Positions 39,175 to 52,359 are shown, counted from the whole stretch's first letter. The stretch: 63,165 nt of DNA, filler included, from Rhabdomonas costata (GCA_019059605.1; 52 parts of 52 records of this genome joined end to end with filler, not necessarily neighbours in it), one strand, 5' to 3'. Notes: a model not told the origin generated them from the sequence alone. Program-made: numbers and translations.

Positions 39175-40653
39175 TTGCCGGGAATTTGAAAAATAGATGA
39201 GGCTATCGAATGAATACCGACAGAACAACTGTTCAAACAGGGCAAACCGACAGACCGAACACCGAACGGAAGAAAAAAAGAAACCGAACAAGAGCACCAC
39301 AAACACAGAGGTGCGCGTGGTATGTTTATTGATCCTGTTCTTCTCTCCGAATTTCCCTCAACTAACCTGTTCAGTCAGTGTGCTGTCGGGGTGATGCGGT
39401 TACCTGTCTTTTCAATGCTCGTGGTGGCTAAAAAACTCCCCGATTGATCATCACTCTTACGCATATGGGGTGGCAATCCTCCGGGATGGTGGCATCAAAA
39501 CTTTGCCGTTGCCATAATGAGCATCACGAGTGTGGGTTCCACGGGCTCACGGTTTGTTCTGGCCGCTCAGAACACAGAACTCAGTCTCGAGCACTGTTAA
39601 GTCTGCATCTGATATCCAAATGATGCCTCAGTCCTTTGTGCATTCCCATGAAGCATCCTTCTTACCCATTGGCTTCTGCCCATACAAAAATCCCTTTTGG
39701 ATCAGATCGTGCCTTCCACCAGTTCCACCCGAAATTATATCAATTTCGCTTACATCTTTCCCATTTACCCCTTTTCTTCACGAAATCCTCTTTCCTGTTG
39801 TGCCCCATGACAAGTCCCATTCTCCTCCACTCCCGTCGAATTTTATGGCCAATTCTCTCGCTCATTCTTCCCTCATCCATCCAACCGCCAACCGACGTCT
39901 CGGAATCAGGCGGCCTGCTTTTCTTTTCCTGTTAGTCCCTTTTCCTTCTTTCGATCTTCCCGTGTTGAACTTACTGTGTGAACTTCGATTCCCTAAGGGT
40001 GAAAGCTTCCACCGATGATTCTTAACTTCAGTGGAAGAGAGAAAGCAAACCAACANNNNNNNNNNNNNNNNNNNNNNNNNNNNNNNNNNNNNNNNNNNNT
40101 TAATTAATTAANNNNNNNNNNNNNNNNNNNNNNNNNNNNNNNNNNNNNNNNNNNNTATCAGTTGCAAGAAGTATAAAGCTGAGGACATGTTGACTGCACT
40201 AGTTGCTGTTATATTGACCACCATACACTCATCTACAGCCTTTTTTCAAGAGATTAAGCACACTATTTTGTATTACTGCATGGCCATTTTTTATATGAAC
40301 AACCGGCTATTACCACCGAGACAAAATCCGTCAGTTTTGACGTTTCCGTAGAGTAATTTTAATCCAAAATTGTGATCACAGGCTACTTCCACTCCAAGAC
40401 GTGAGGAGGTTTTTCCTTTGTTGTTGAAAGCTCAAGTACACAGCATATATGAGGTATATAATCGCAATTATGACCGCTGTGACTGCCGCAGGATTTGAGA
40501 GGAAAATTGTGAAGCGCAAGAATCTTTCACACGAAATTATGTCCACGAGCTGATCAAAAACTTGGATCCAGCCACCTGTTGCACCACTTCTAATACTGCG
40601 CGCGATACTCCAGAAGACATTGATTCTATTTTACGGAAAAAAGCACGCCAGTA

Positions 40654-41230
40654 TTGTACCCTTCACACCGCACGGAACATTGCATTGATTTTTTAGCTAA
40701 GCTCCTAGTGAGAGTGCTGAAATGCGGCAACAGCTCAGGTACATTATTGACCACAAATACATCAAATTTGCCATTTTCTCCCTATTTGTTCGTGATATTT
40801 TATGTACCGAAGGCCAATGGAAAGCTGCGCGTTGTGATGGAAGACGGTCCCATCAACAAGCACCACATCCCGTGCACCAAAGATCAGGTTGGAAAGTCGC
40901 ACTTCTCCAAAATTTACAAATCCTTGTGTATGCGGCCAGACACATTCGCCAATAAGGTCATTTGTTAGAGCAGGCCACTTTTCGGTGCGATGCTTAATGG
41001 GCAACAACTCTTCCGCAAAAGTTTTGTCATCCATCAACATCCATATCAAAATTCATGAGGTCTTATAAAATCACCAAACAAATTGCCTCCTCCTATTCTC
41101 CTTTATCCATATTCCTCACGAATCTCTGTCCGCTTTTCTTTGGGCTTTCCCTCCATTCCGCCTGAGCTTTTCTCAAAGCATCAGTTAGCAATCTTTGATT
41201 GCATCCTATTATCATGGTATTCATCGATCT
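40654..41230 (+). mobile_element. Decayed reverse transcriptase remnant (DIRS/LTR-type)
   Basis: IFYVPKANGKLRVVMEDGPINKH matches the FxVPKxxGxxRxxxD...N RT motif. The sequence is AT-rich and downstream frames are broken by stops. Confidence 0.55.
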
Positions 41231-41402
41231 GAGTTTGTGGGATCAGTCAAACGGACGACACCCACAACCCACNNNNNNNNNNNNNNNNNNNNNNNNNNNN
41301 NNNNNNNNNNNNNNNNTTAATTAATTAANNNNNNNNNNNNNNNNNNNNNNNNNNNNNNNNNNNNNNNNNNNNCTCTATCCGCACGTAAGTACCCAGACGC
41401 AG

Positions 41403-41404
<2 letters not shown>

Positions 41405-41434
<30 letters not shown>
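41405..41434. repeat. (AC)n microsatellite (others at about 17131-17153, 35995-36027, 43933-43971, 44868-44920)
   Basis: Direct reading. Confidence 0.95.
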
Positions 41435-41436
<2 letters not shown>

Positions 41437-41802
41437 TGTTCTAGTCCTTTCCGCGGGGAAAAATCACGGAAAATCACAATAAAAAAGGACAAATTTTGTT
41501 ATGTACACAACCTGCAAGGAATGCGGGCGTGGTTTCTGTCCATCCTAACTAGAAAATATATAAGTGACCGAGTGAGAGAGCATAAGAGCCAAGGAAACAG
41601 CCAGGCAGACAGACGGACACACCTACAGCGTGCTCGAGGCATTGTTTTAGTGGAGGTCATTCCAATTCGAAATTTCTACGGCTTTTCTGGCCGCTTCACA
41701 GGGGAACGGATTACCCAGCTGGGTGGGTTCCTCCGAGTACGAAACCTCGGCTATATACAGCTCCAACTCCACCTGTGCTGGCACAGTCAGGCAGACACAC
41801 AC

Positions 41803-42461
41803 CGGGCACTCCTCAATCTTTTCCACGGTGTAGGGTTTGGGCTCGTCGACGTACTTCAGCACAACGTACGGCACAGGGACCTCCGCGCGGACCCGCTTGT
41901 CCACCGCCACGGGCACCTCCTCAATCTTCTCGACGATGTGCTCCTCGGGCACCCGCACCTCGACCTCCTTCACAACCTCATAGGGCACTTTGACCTCCCT
42001 GCGCCGCACACCCACGGTCACCACCAGCCCCCACCCCTTCTATTCCCGAACCTTCGTCAGCAACAAAGCTCTCAGGCGAAGTGAACAAATGGAGTCTAGC
42101 GGGGACCTAGCAGTGGGATGCAGAAAGAAAAGCTTTCTCGAGAAAAATCAAGCTCCGCAGCGGGCAGCGGGGTGAAGGTCAACCTCGTCACGAGCCGCTC
42201 CACCCCGTACGGGATCTCCACCCGCTCCGGCACTACCACCCGCCTCGGCACCTCCACGACCTTCTCCACAAGCTTCTCCACGGTGTAAGGGCACACCCTT
42301 TCCACGGTGTGCTCCACGGGCACGGGCACGGTGCGAGTGACGGTGACCTCCACAGGCACGGGCACCTCGAAGGGTTCCGTCACGCACACCTCCACGGGGC
42401 GAGGCACGGGTACCTCGACCACCCGGGTCACAGGGGAGCACGGTACCATGGCGTCCACAGC
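41803..42461 (-). CDS. Articulin/epiplastin-like VPV-repeat membrane-skeleton protein; exons 42461-42184 and 41998-41803
   Basis: A 185-nt GT-AG intron keeps phase. V/E/P-rich repeats of about 12 aa: VVEVPVPRPVEV, FEVPVPVEV, VEKVVEVP, EVKVPYEVVKEVEVRVP, VEKIEEVPV. Confidence 0.88.
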
Positions 42462-42618
42462 CTGTAGGCCCCCCCCGCCCGACCAAGGCNNNNNNNNNNN
42501 NNNNNNNNNNNNNNNNNNNNNNNNNNNNNNNNNTTAATTAATTAANNNNNNNNNNNNNNNNNNNNNNNNNNNNNNNNNNNNNNNNNNNNGGGGTGGGGCC
42601 TTCACCCTTACTCCTGAG

Positions 42619-42727
42619 CGAGACCAGCGTGGTAGACCGTGACAGTAGACCGAGCCGATTTCGGTGCCTGATAGTATTCGTACCAGTGTGTTTACCCGTG
42701 GCACCTTGCTCGGTGTGTGTGTGTGTG
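42619..42727 (+). repeat. Interspersed repeat family, copy B (3' part, ends in (GT)n)
   Basis: CAGCGTGGTAGACC...GAGCCGATTTCGGT.CCTGA...GCTCGGTGTGTGTG is shared with copies A and C. Confidence 0.8.
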
Positions 42728-43576
42728 AATATTGTTTATGTTAGATTCTAAGGCTCGCATATCACGCAGCCACCCCTCAACAAGAAACGAATTTGGTTTG
42801 CTTGAACGCAGAGGACTCTTTGTTCGTGCACCCACCCGTCTTCCAGGGATTGCCACGCGCTTGTATGAAATTGCGCTAAATGTCGTATGAAACGTTGATC
42901 CTGCAGCAGGGATGTTAAGACCCAAGCGAGGGAATTTCAAAGTGAAGTCACACCCTATTGGAAGGGCTTTCTAGAGCCCAAGCGCACGCAAACCTACAAG
43001 GCAGGATTTTTAGCTTTGAGAGTTTCTCACCATGCCGCAATGCACTTGTCAGAGGACCTGCATCTCCTTTCCCGTGTGCAATACGGTGGCGTTTTGTTTT
43101 GGCTGGGGGTCTGGACAGATCAATATTGAGCGCGATGGTGGTCGAGAGCCAGCAACCATCCGCGGAGAATTTACCTTTGAGGTCAGCTTCGTGTGGAATT
43201 ATTGCTTTCCTTTTTGGAACCACAGCTTGCACTTTTTCTTTGCTTTCCTCACTTGAGCATACGCTCTTCCGCTTCGGGTGTGAAGAGGCAAGACGCGGTT
43301 TCATGGTGGTTTGGATTGGGCAAGACCACAAAAGGACCCCAGTTGCACTACCATGAGCGCACCCTGGAAGTTGTCCTTCCCTTTGCTTCCCTTGCACTCT
43401 TCGCTTCCCTTGCCTGCACCGTGTGCGTTGCCTTTGCTTTTGATTTTGCACGGACAAACATGACTTCAACACTTTGGCAGTGCCTTTGTCGTCCTAAAAT
43501 AGTCCGTTTGCTCCGGAAACTCTCCTCGCAGCTCTTCTTTTTTGGGAGGATGTTTTTTCCTTTCCTCGAACAACAG

Positions 43577-43670
43577 GACGTGCACTTTGCCTATCCCAGC
43601 CGTCCCGACCGCGAGATTCTGCACGGCATTACCACCACCTTCCCCGCTGGAGCATTCACCGCCCTTGTGG
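43577..43670 (+). CDS. ABCB/MDR-type transporter exon, start of a nucleotide-binding domain
   Basis: CAG|...|GTGAGT; DVHFAYPSRPDREILHGITTTFPAGAFTALVG, leading into Walker A. Confidence 0.92.
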
Positions 43671-43931
43671 GTGAGTTTCGCGTTTCTGCACCCCCCCCCC
43701 ACACCCNNNNNNNNNNNNNNNNNNNNNNNNNNNNNNNNNNNNNNNNNNNNTTAATTAATTAANNNNNNNNNNNNNNNNNNNNNNNNNNNNNNNNNNNNNN
43801 NNNNNNTGTGGGGGGTGGTGCATGGCGTCTGTCTCGCTCTGGGTTCTGCTGGGCCCTGCCCTCACAACTGGGCGCCGCTTGGGCAATCTCTGTTTGACGC
43901 TTGGTGACTTGGGGTCTCGGATCTGGCGTGT

Positions 43932-43972
<41 letters not shown>

Positions 43973-44274
43973 GGCGTGTGCTGCGAAAAAAGTTGAGCGA
44001 GAGTCCTTGGACACAACACTTTTCCTTCCATCGTCCTCAACGACACCCCCGCACCTTGTTTGTGCGGGCATGTCTTGTCAGAACTACTGTTTGAATATGC
44101 ATTTATGGAATGTTTCATGAATAATAGCTACAACGCCCCATTGTACGGGCATCCGAAAGTTCTCACCGTAATTCGAACCAAACATGAACGTCACCCTCGG
44201 ATGTGACGTCAGGAAACCCAAAACTCGGAACTTGGCTCTGAATGGGTACGCGCTGAAGCAAGGAACAGCCATAC

Positions 44275-44482
44275 CGTCGACTTCGTTGGTCCCGCGGTTG
44301 AGGCTCCAGGTCCCTCCTCCATAAAACCCGTAAATCATGGCCATAGTTGACGCAGAGACGTCTGTCATAGCGCAGTCAATCACCTGCCCCTTCCCAGTGC
44401 GGCTCGTTGAAAACAGGGCCGCACAGATCCCCATGGCCAAGTAGGCACCCCCCGCCATGTCGCCCACCAGGTTCAAGGGAAT
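44275..44482 (-). CDS. Family III CoA-transferase (CaiB/BaiF, alpha-methylacyl-CoA racemase-like) exon
   Basis: CAG|...|GTATGG; IPLNLVGDMAGGAYLAMGICAALFSTSRTGKGQVIDCAMTD...RGTNEVDG, containing the catalytic Asp motif and RTGKGQVID. Confidence 0.92.
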
Positions 44483-44866
44483 CTGTCCAGAAACCCTCAA
44501 GCGCGACACAGCCAGCAGTTCTTTTGTGCACGCGAACTTGCCCTCGCAACTTCGCGTTCTTAAAAAAAACAGCCCTAGACCTGATTGCCATTCCTCCCCG
44601 CGAAAAATACCTAGCAAAAGCCCGTGACAGAGACACATTGCTCACGCTTTGTCCCAACCAACCATTTTTCACCACTGCCGGCGCGGAGGGTTGTGCCATT
44701 TTTTTCGTTCGTATTTCACTTCTTGGGAAATGAGGTTTACCCAGGGCACTGCAATGAGCGGTGTGTCTTCTGCAATTCAGGGCGAGGGCCACAGATGCCC
44801 TTGCGGCAGTGACCAGTCTCAGTGATTTTCGTCAACCCTCCCTCCCCTCTCCCGTTGACTCGCCCA

Positions 44867-44904
<38 letters not shown>

Positions 44905-47900
44905 ACACACACACACACACCCAACACNNNNNNNNNNNNNNNNNNNNNNNNNNNNNNNNNNNNNNNNNNNNTTAATTAATTAANNNNNNNNNNNNNNNNN
45001 NNNNNNNNNNNNNNNNNNNNNNNNNNNGTGGTTTGTGTCCTTCTTCGGGGAAGCAAACGGCGCTCATCCGATTGCCTTTCTCAAGTGCAAGCGGATGAGC
45101 GCCGTTTGCTTCCCCGAAGAAGGACACTAAGCCGCCATGTGAATACACTTGTGCTCCAATATGCACATGATCTCTTCAGGCGTTACGCTTCGCAGAGCAT
45201 CTGAAAAAGTGCACCAAGAGTGGCGAATCTTGTGATAACCGAGGAGATCAAAGCAGGAATCATTCCCAGCCACCAAGCTCCAGCCCTGTCTCCTCCGCCC
45301 TTGGCGGAACGGAGCAGGCCGAGTTGGAAATTGGTGACGATGAGCGGGATGCCGTTCCTCTCAGCCAGCCCTGCCTCCGCAGCAGAAGCAGCTCCTCAGG
45401 GTCCACAGGGTCTGAGCACAACCTATGGAACCAGACCGCACCTGCTCGCTCTGCAGCGCAGTCTCTGGAAGGGCTGCACAACGTTGAGCCGTCAAGCCAT
45501 GCTATTGACACAGGGCCCTGCGATGTGAAGTGTGATGGCTGGGATTCGGCTGCCTCTGCCTTTGCCTCTGCCTGTGGTGCTTCTGGTGGGCCTGGAAGCC
45601 CTTCAGCAGCTGGATGGGAGACTTCTTCGAACACAGGAGTTGGAGGGCGTGATCCACAGGAGTTTGCCATGCCTTTGCCGCCAGCGAAGCGGAGCTGCGT
45701 CCGCCGAGATTGAGTGGGCTTCCCACGAATCTTTGCTGTTTCTGTGTGTTGTAGCCTATGTGCACCGCACCCTGGATGCCATTTCGCACGAGCAAGAGCT
45801 GGAATAATGGTCTTTCAATTTTAAGGTGTAATGAATTTCGGTGGAATTGGGACTGACGGCCGGATGGATCGCCAATTATGACTGAACTGGATCAATGATT
45901 ATTTATTGGTTGCTTTCCTGAAGTGACTTGAGAAATTCTCCCCTGCATATGGGGCAAAAGAAGTGGCCCAAAGGGGTTCAAAAAAGGTGCCAAGGGGCAC
46001 GACAACCGGCCGAGGGTGAAAGGTCTGACCCCAAGGACCAGCCACGGAGCGTTTCGGGAGGCTTGCTGTATGCACCAAACACTCCAGGCCTGCTTCGGCT
46101 TATCCCTTGTTGAGACTTATGTATTTTATGCCACCCCACAAACANNNNNNNNNNNNNNNNNNNNNNNNNNNNNNNNNNNNNNNNNNNNTTAATTAATTAA
46201 NNNNNNNNNNNNNNNNNNNNNNNNNNNNNNNNNNNNNNNNNNNNTCTTCGACTTGTTACTCCATTTCTCCTGTTTAAATTTTGAACTGAACAACAACACA
46301 GGGCGCTATTAAACACGCAAATGTGGCTCTGATGGCGGAATCACTGCCCCCAAAAGGCCTGCCTAGTGCGGCGACAGTCGCACTCTTGAATTGGCGCACA
46401 TCAAGTGCGGAAGTAGGAAGTGTTTGTTGGCAGGCTGGCGATGCACAGTGACATCCACAAACATGAGGAGCACTCTTGCATTTATTGCTTGCGAATTTGA
46501 TTGGGGCGATCAAAAAGCCGAACCTCTTGTGGAGTGGTGGTTACTCTCCAGTTCCCTCGCGTGAAAAGAATATATAAAGGGGACATCGTCAGTCAGTTAA
46601 AATGCAGATGAAAACAGCCGCAAAGTGAGTCAGGAACAGTCGGTTTCTGTCCCCTCGCGCGGACCTCTTTTGCTCCTTCCGGAATGTGGCGACAAACCCC
46701 CCGGAATCCTCCAGCAGCCAGTTCAGCTCCATCAGCGCGGTGATGTCGCTGACCAGCTGCGAGGCCGTGAGGTTGAGCTCATTCGCAGACTGCCACTGCT
46801 GCTGCCGAGCCAAATCCGGCGAGCCCCCCGGCTCCCGCTGCTTGTCTTTTGAGGAGGAGGGCCGAGGCCTCCCTTTCTGTCTGCGCACCGAGAGAAGGGG
46901 ACGGATTTCACCCCAAGGGGGTGAAAGGAGTATATAGATGGAAGGACCGTTCCTGGCCAATGCGTCAGATAAAATCAGAATACAGATCCTCTCCTTTTTG
47001 TGTTTTTACTTACGCGCCCTACACCTTCTTTTCTGAATCGCTTTATTGGCTGCGCGCTTTAGTGCTGCAATGATTTGCTTGGATTGCTGAACTCATGACA
47101 TTATTGACGTAAGATCATCCATCGAAACCGAATCAAAACAAATGCCGCGAAGAAGGCCGTGAAGGAGGCTCCAAACCAACCGGAAAAAGCACAGCACAAC
47201 AGTTTATTTTTTCTCTGGTTTGTCTTCTTCTTCTCCTCCTTCTCTTCTTCTGGTTCAGCTAAGGCAAGCCAGTGGTGGGAGTTGGCGTCCGACCTTCGCA
47301 GCCCCCCAGCCCCCCCATCCAAACACGCACGGAATGCAGAACGCAGAATGCGCGTACCAAANNNNNNNNNNNNNNNNNNNNNNNNNNNNNNNNNNNNNNN
47401 NNNNNTTAATTAATTAANNNNNNNNNNNNNNNNNNNNNNNNNNNNNNNNNNNNNNNNNNNNAGGGTGTTGCCAATGGCTTGGGTTTCATCCTTTTCATCC
47501 AACTTGTGCGCGTTTGCTACATAAGGGGTTGGGTTGAGTAGCGGAAGGGGGGAGACGCAGCACACCAAGCCCACTCACTTCAAATACTAACCTGGTGCCA
47601 GGTGAAGACCACGCTGGTGTACTTCTCTTTCTCATGCTGAATGGCACTCGTCCATATACTAAAAGGAGCTGCTGGAGTTGCTGAGCCGCACTTCGGTGGC
47701 TGCCTCTTCGCCAATGCCCGCACTTCCCGCGAGCCCGTCTGTACGTCCCGCAGGTGTAGACTTCGTTGCGCTCGAGCCATTTTCCGCTCATTTTTTTTTG
47801 TTCTTTTCCCGCTAGTATTCCTGTGTCGGCTGTTTTAATTGTCGTTGTTTTTTCACCAGCTTTCCTGGACCATGTTTTCCTGAGCTCTTGATTCTTGTGC

Positions 47901-48154
47901 ATTTGTTTTGTGTCACGTCTGCGGTGTGAAGGCGCGGAACATCTCGGCGTGCTTACCTGGCATGCATAAAAAACCTGCTGATATGATGTGAACCGAAAGC
48001 TCTGCTATCAAGCATTTTCAGCACCCTAATGACCTGTCAGAGTGCTTTTTTCCACCGCAGTCCGGTGGGCATCGGGAGGCGGAGGGAAAAAGGGAGGCAA
48101 GGTGGTGGCGGTTACTGGGTTATTCGTGAGGAGAGGCGGCTGGGTGTAGAGGGA

Positions 48155-48410
48155 GATAGACCTTTCTCGCATCTTAAGCCTTACACCTTAAGTTTGGCGA
48201 CTCGAGACTCCGTTCATCTTCAGGCAACTTATGACCCCAATCAGGCACCTGCTGGACCCCATGTTTCGCAGGGGAAGACCTGGTTGGGGTGGTGTCAGAG
48301 TTCCTTCAGACAGCGTGTTAGACCGTAACATGGATTCGAGCCGATTTCGGTTCCTGACAGCATCCGTACCAGCGTTTACCCAATAGCACCCAGCTCAGCG
48401 TGTGTTTATG
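48155..48410 (+). repeat. Interspersed repeat family, copy C
   Basis: Collinear with the reverse complement of 36028-36262; ends in a decayed GTGTGT tail. Confidence 0.85.
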
Positions 48411-49462
48411 CGTGGTCAAAATGCGGTTGCGGTGGTGAAGGTGGAATGTGTCCATAAGTGGTACTCACTGGGACCCGAATAGATAAGGCAAATTAGACTA
48501 TCGCTGTGCTCTGTTCTGTCCACAGGCTCTGTTCTGAAGCCCCGGCAGAGCCTCCGGGTCAGCCCCAGCCCCCCACACCNNNNNNNNNNNNNNNNNNNNN
48601 NNNNNNNNNNNNNNNNNNNNNNNTTAATTAATTAANNNNNNNNNNNNNNNNNNNNNNNNNNNNNNNNNNNNNNNNNNNNGGGTGGTTGGTGTACGCGGAG
48701 TCTCAAATGGAATCCTCTTCATGGGTGCCCAATACTTCGCACTCGTGCACCCCGGTTGATCTAAACCCCCTGGCTGAGACCTAACCACAAATGCCGTACC
48801 CGGCTCTCTGCCTCTGTGCTCCCCTTCGCTCCCCAGCAATCCTTCTCGCCTGCTTGGACCGGTCGCCGCGTCGCACTGCCCATTCCGGGTCGTCGCTCCC
48901 CTTCTCATTTATCTCTCTTTCCCTCCTGCTCCATTCATTACTTGAATGTCTCCATTGGTTTCCAGTTCCACTGCGCCCATTCTTGTCCGCGGTTCCACTG
49001 CTTTCATTTCTCGCTCCTGTCTGTGTAGTCTCATATCTTCTTCACTCAAGCTTTCCATCTGTGTGCTCGGTGATCTTGTCGTCGTACTCGTCGGCGTGAG
49101 TTCTTTCACATTCCCCATTAGCTCTCCCTCTGCCACTCTGCATCATCGGAAACCTCGTCGAACTCGATGCTGATTTCGCAGGCTCTCACGAAGCACTCGG
49201 CGGGCTATCACGCAGCACCTTTATTCATCACTAAATCCTATGCCGACCGCCCAATAACAAAACACCACGAGAGGCTAGGGAGTCGGACCTCTGCCACAGC
49301 ACCCAACAGCGCAACAGGTCCTCCTAGCTGCATTTTCAAATTTTGGTGCGGCCTAATAACCAAGGCAAGTTCAAACTCACTCATATCTGCGGTGTTACCG
49401 TTCTGCCTTTTAGCTTCTAACGAGAGAATGAGGCTGCACTGGCAAAGCTCATGAAGTCAAAC

Positions 49463-49760
49463 CTTGTAGCGGGTCAAAGCTGCCCATGTACGCGTTCATG
49501 CTTTGCCCAAGAACAATCATCGCATCCGCGGGGAACGGCAGCGGCGGCTTCGTGGTGGAGTTGTACCGCAGCTCCCCATCGATGTAGAAGCAGAAAAGCC
49601 CCTCGGAGTCATGCGTGGCGGCATAGTGGTGCCAGGCCCGGTCCAACGTGATCGAGGGACCGTCCACGTCGTAGTCGTCCAGCAGGAACATGATCGAGTG
49701 CTCTTGAAAAATGATCACAAAACCCTCCCAGAAACCCTTCGTGGGGTAATAGGAATTGAC
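49463..49760 (-). CDS. Pentraxin/LamG (ConA-like lectin fold) domain exon
   Basis: CAG|...|GT; AWHHYAATHDSEGLFCFYIDGEL...IVLGQSMNAYMGSFDPLQ matches the WHHxxxT...YxDG...LGQ...FD pattern. Confidence 0.8.
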
Positions 49761-49911
49761 CTGGAACACGAAGGCCAGGGATTGGGGAGGGAAGGCNNNN
49801 NNNNNNNNNNNNNNNNNNNNNNNNNNNNNNNNNNNNNNNNTTAATTAATTAANNNNNNNNNNNNNNNNNNNNNNNNNNNNNNNNNNNNNNNNNNNNGGGG
49901 TTTTTTTTGAC

Positions 49912-50970
49912 ATGAGCATGACATCGGAAGGTGATCGGCTTTCCTTGCCCGAAGTTGAGAGTCCGGATCAGCAAGAAGACCCCGATGATAATTACAGCGA
50001 CGAGGTCACCTGCGTTGAAGATGAAACGCTCTTCATCTCTGGCATTTATCCAGCGCAAAACGCGGCAACCTTGCAGGTTAGCTCCCTGTGAACGGTTTAG
50101 TTTTTCTTTGCACAAAGAGACTCACGGTGCAACCTTTGTCGCGAGTTTCAAGTTTTTTGCTCTGCATTGTATCAAAAGCAGAGAACCGTCCTGTCGCAGG
50201 ATGTTTTTGAAGGATGATGGAGAACCGCACTTCCGCCAATTTGAAAGATTAATATCGCATTGAACGAATGATGAAAAGTACGAATAACCAAATCTCTCCA
50301 ATGAAGGTAAAGCCGCTGCACCTCAGGAATTTTTCTGCAGTTAATGAGGAAAAATAAAGCCTGCGAGAGCGCATATTGGGTGACTGGATGCTACATTTTA
50401 AAAATTAAAAGGGGCAGCATCCCTGAGGTCTTTTGTATATACGGCAAGCCTCCCGAAACGCTGCGTGGCTAGTCCTTGGGGTCTGGGGTTTCCCGACCAT
50501 TTACTCTGGGCCGGTTATGGACCATGGCGGCTCTTTTGCATCCCTTTTTCGCCGCTTCTTGTGTACGAAGCACCCGCAGCACGTTTGCAAAAAAAAAAAA
50601 GCAATCCGAACAGGGCATGCGGATGAAAAATCGAGAGACAGACACCAGCTGCTGTATATACAAAAGATCCCAGGCCTTCTTCGGCCCTCTTTGTGTTTCA
50701 TACAGACACAAGTGCCCGATACGAAAAACTTGGCGAAAAAGCTTGGGGTACTACAATGGGGCGAGCAGACGCATCATACAGCCTGCGTTTGTACAATCGG
50801 GTGGAAGTCTCTCCGTTTTTCTTTTTTTCCCGAAGGCGCTGAAGATTACCCACATTGTGAATGTCGCTGCCGAGGCTCCTTCGGTGGCCCACGAGCAGCT
50901 GTCGTTGTCTTACTTCTATGAGCCCCTCCAGGACAGCGTGGATGAGGACATCACCTATACCCTGGAACGA
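49912..50970 (+). CDS. Dual-specificity protein phosphatase, 5' part; exons 49912-50076 and 50836->50970
   Basis: A 759-nt GT-AG intron gives MSM...EVTCVEDETLFISGIYPAQNAATLQ|ALKITHIVNVAAE...PLQDSVDEDI, including the general-acid Asp loop. The active-site HCX5R lies off the contig. Confidence 0.88.
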
Positions 50971-52359
50971 TGTCCTGGAGGGGCTCATAGAAGTAACCCA
51001 ACAACNNNNNNNNNNNNNNNNNNNNNNNNNNNNNNNNNNNNNNNNNNNNTTAATTAATTAANNNNNNNNNNNNNNNNNNNNNNNNNNNNNNNNNNNNNNN
51101 NNNNNGGGAGTGTTGGAAGCTTTCGGACAACCACAGCTGTCCCGCTGCATGAAAAGGGTTTCGGTTCCACGCTGTCCGCGCTGTTGCTCGCTTTGGGCAT
51201 CGGCAATTTCAAAGCTTGGGCGGTGGGCTTCGCGATTGTGCTGAGGGGAGGATTCTGAACTCTGGGAGGTCGCAAAGTGAGACCAATGATGTTGGATCGG
51301 TCGCAGCGAACACGGGAGCGAGTTGGTGACGAATTTTTGCCCATGGGGGAGATGACGGCACGTGGGAAAGGTCGGGCCTGGTGAAGGACACGGCGCAGCG
51401 CGGCTCCTGGGCCAGAATCTTGGAAACCTTTGAAAAGGACATGCATCCCACGCAGGTCAAGATTGAGCGAAGCTAGGAGCCAGTGAAAGCGAACCAAAAT
51501 GAAGGAATAAAAGTACCTCCACGGTCACGTGACCGGTCGGGCGCTGGCCCCACCAATGCGGGACTCTGCTGTGACACTTTTGACACAGCCCGTTGGGCAC
51601 CCTGCAAACGAGAAGCACAACATGAAATAAGAACAAATATAAAAGGTTCAAGAAAAAGGGAAACGAGCTTCAAATGAAAGCTAAAATTATCAAAACACCA
51701 AGAGGATTAGCGAAAAATCCGGGATGCTGCCCAGTTATTCAGAGCAGTGAAAGCTCTTTAGAAAAAGGCTACGACATCGAAACAACTTTAACTTTATGGG
51801 AATCGTGACGCAAAATTCTGCAGATAAGGCATATTACAATAGTTTGAAAATAGGGTGAAAAATAATGCTACGCACACAGGTACACACACCAAGTTTTCCT
51901 TTCGCAGAGAGGATTTCAGCCCAAGGAAGAGCTGCCTTTTATCCTTGTTTACAGTGGGGAAGCGTTGGATAAAGTTGGGCGGAAGCGTCCCAGCTTTGTC
52001 AGCATCGTCCGGTTGGATAACCGCCACAAGGGGAGGTTGCCCCATCCGACGCCTGGAGGGAAGCTTGCGCACACGGTCTCGGGGGCCCATTTCAGGCCTC
52101 GCAGACGGGTTTCCAGAGATGCTAGCGAACCCACGGAGTGGGCTTCTGGAACGTCTATCAAGGTCTCCCGGCACGTTCTGGCATACGCTGGTTGCCCCGA
52201 CACCCCAAACACACCACCACANNNNNNNNNNNNNNNNNNNNNNNNNNNNNNNNNNNNNNNNNNNNTTAATTAATTAANNNNNNNNNNNNNNNNNNNNNNN
52301 NNNNNNNNNNNNNNNNNNNNNGTGGGTGTGTTTGGGTGGTGGAATAGAGAACCTATGAC

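Noticed and set aside
50971..50996. Inverted copy of 50910-50935
   Set aside because: It truncates the phosphatase exon at the contig end: a fold-back chimera.
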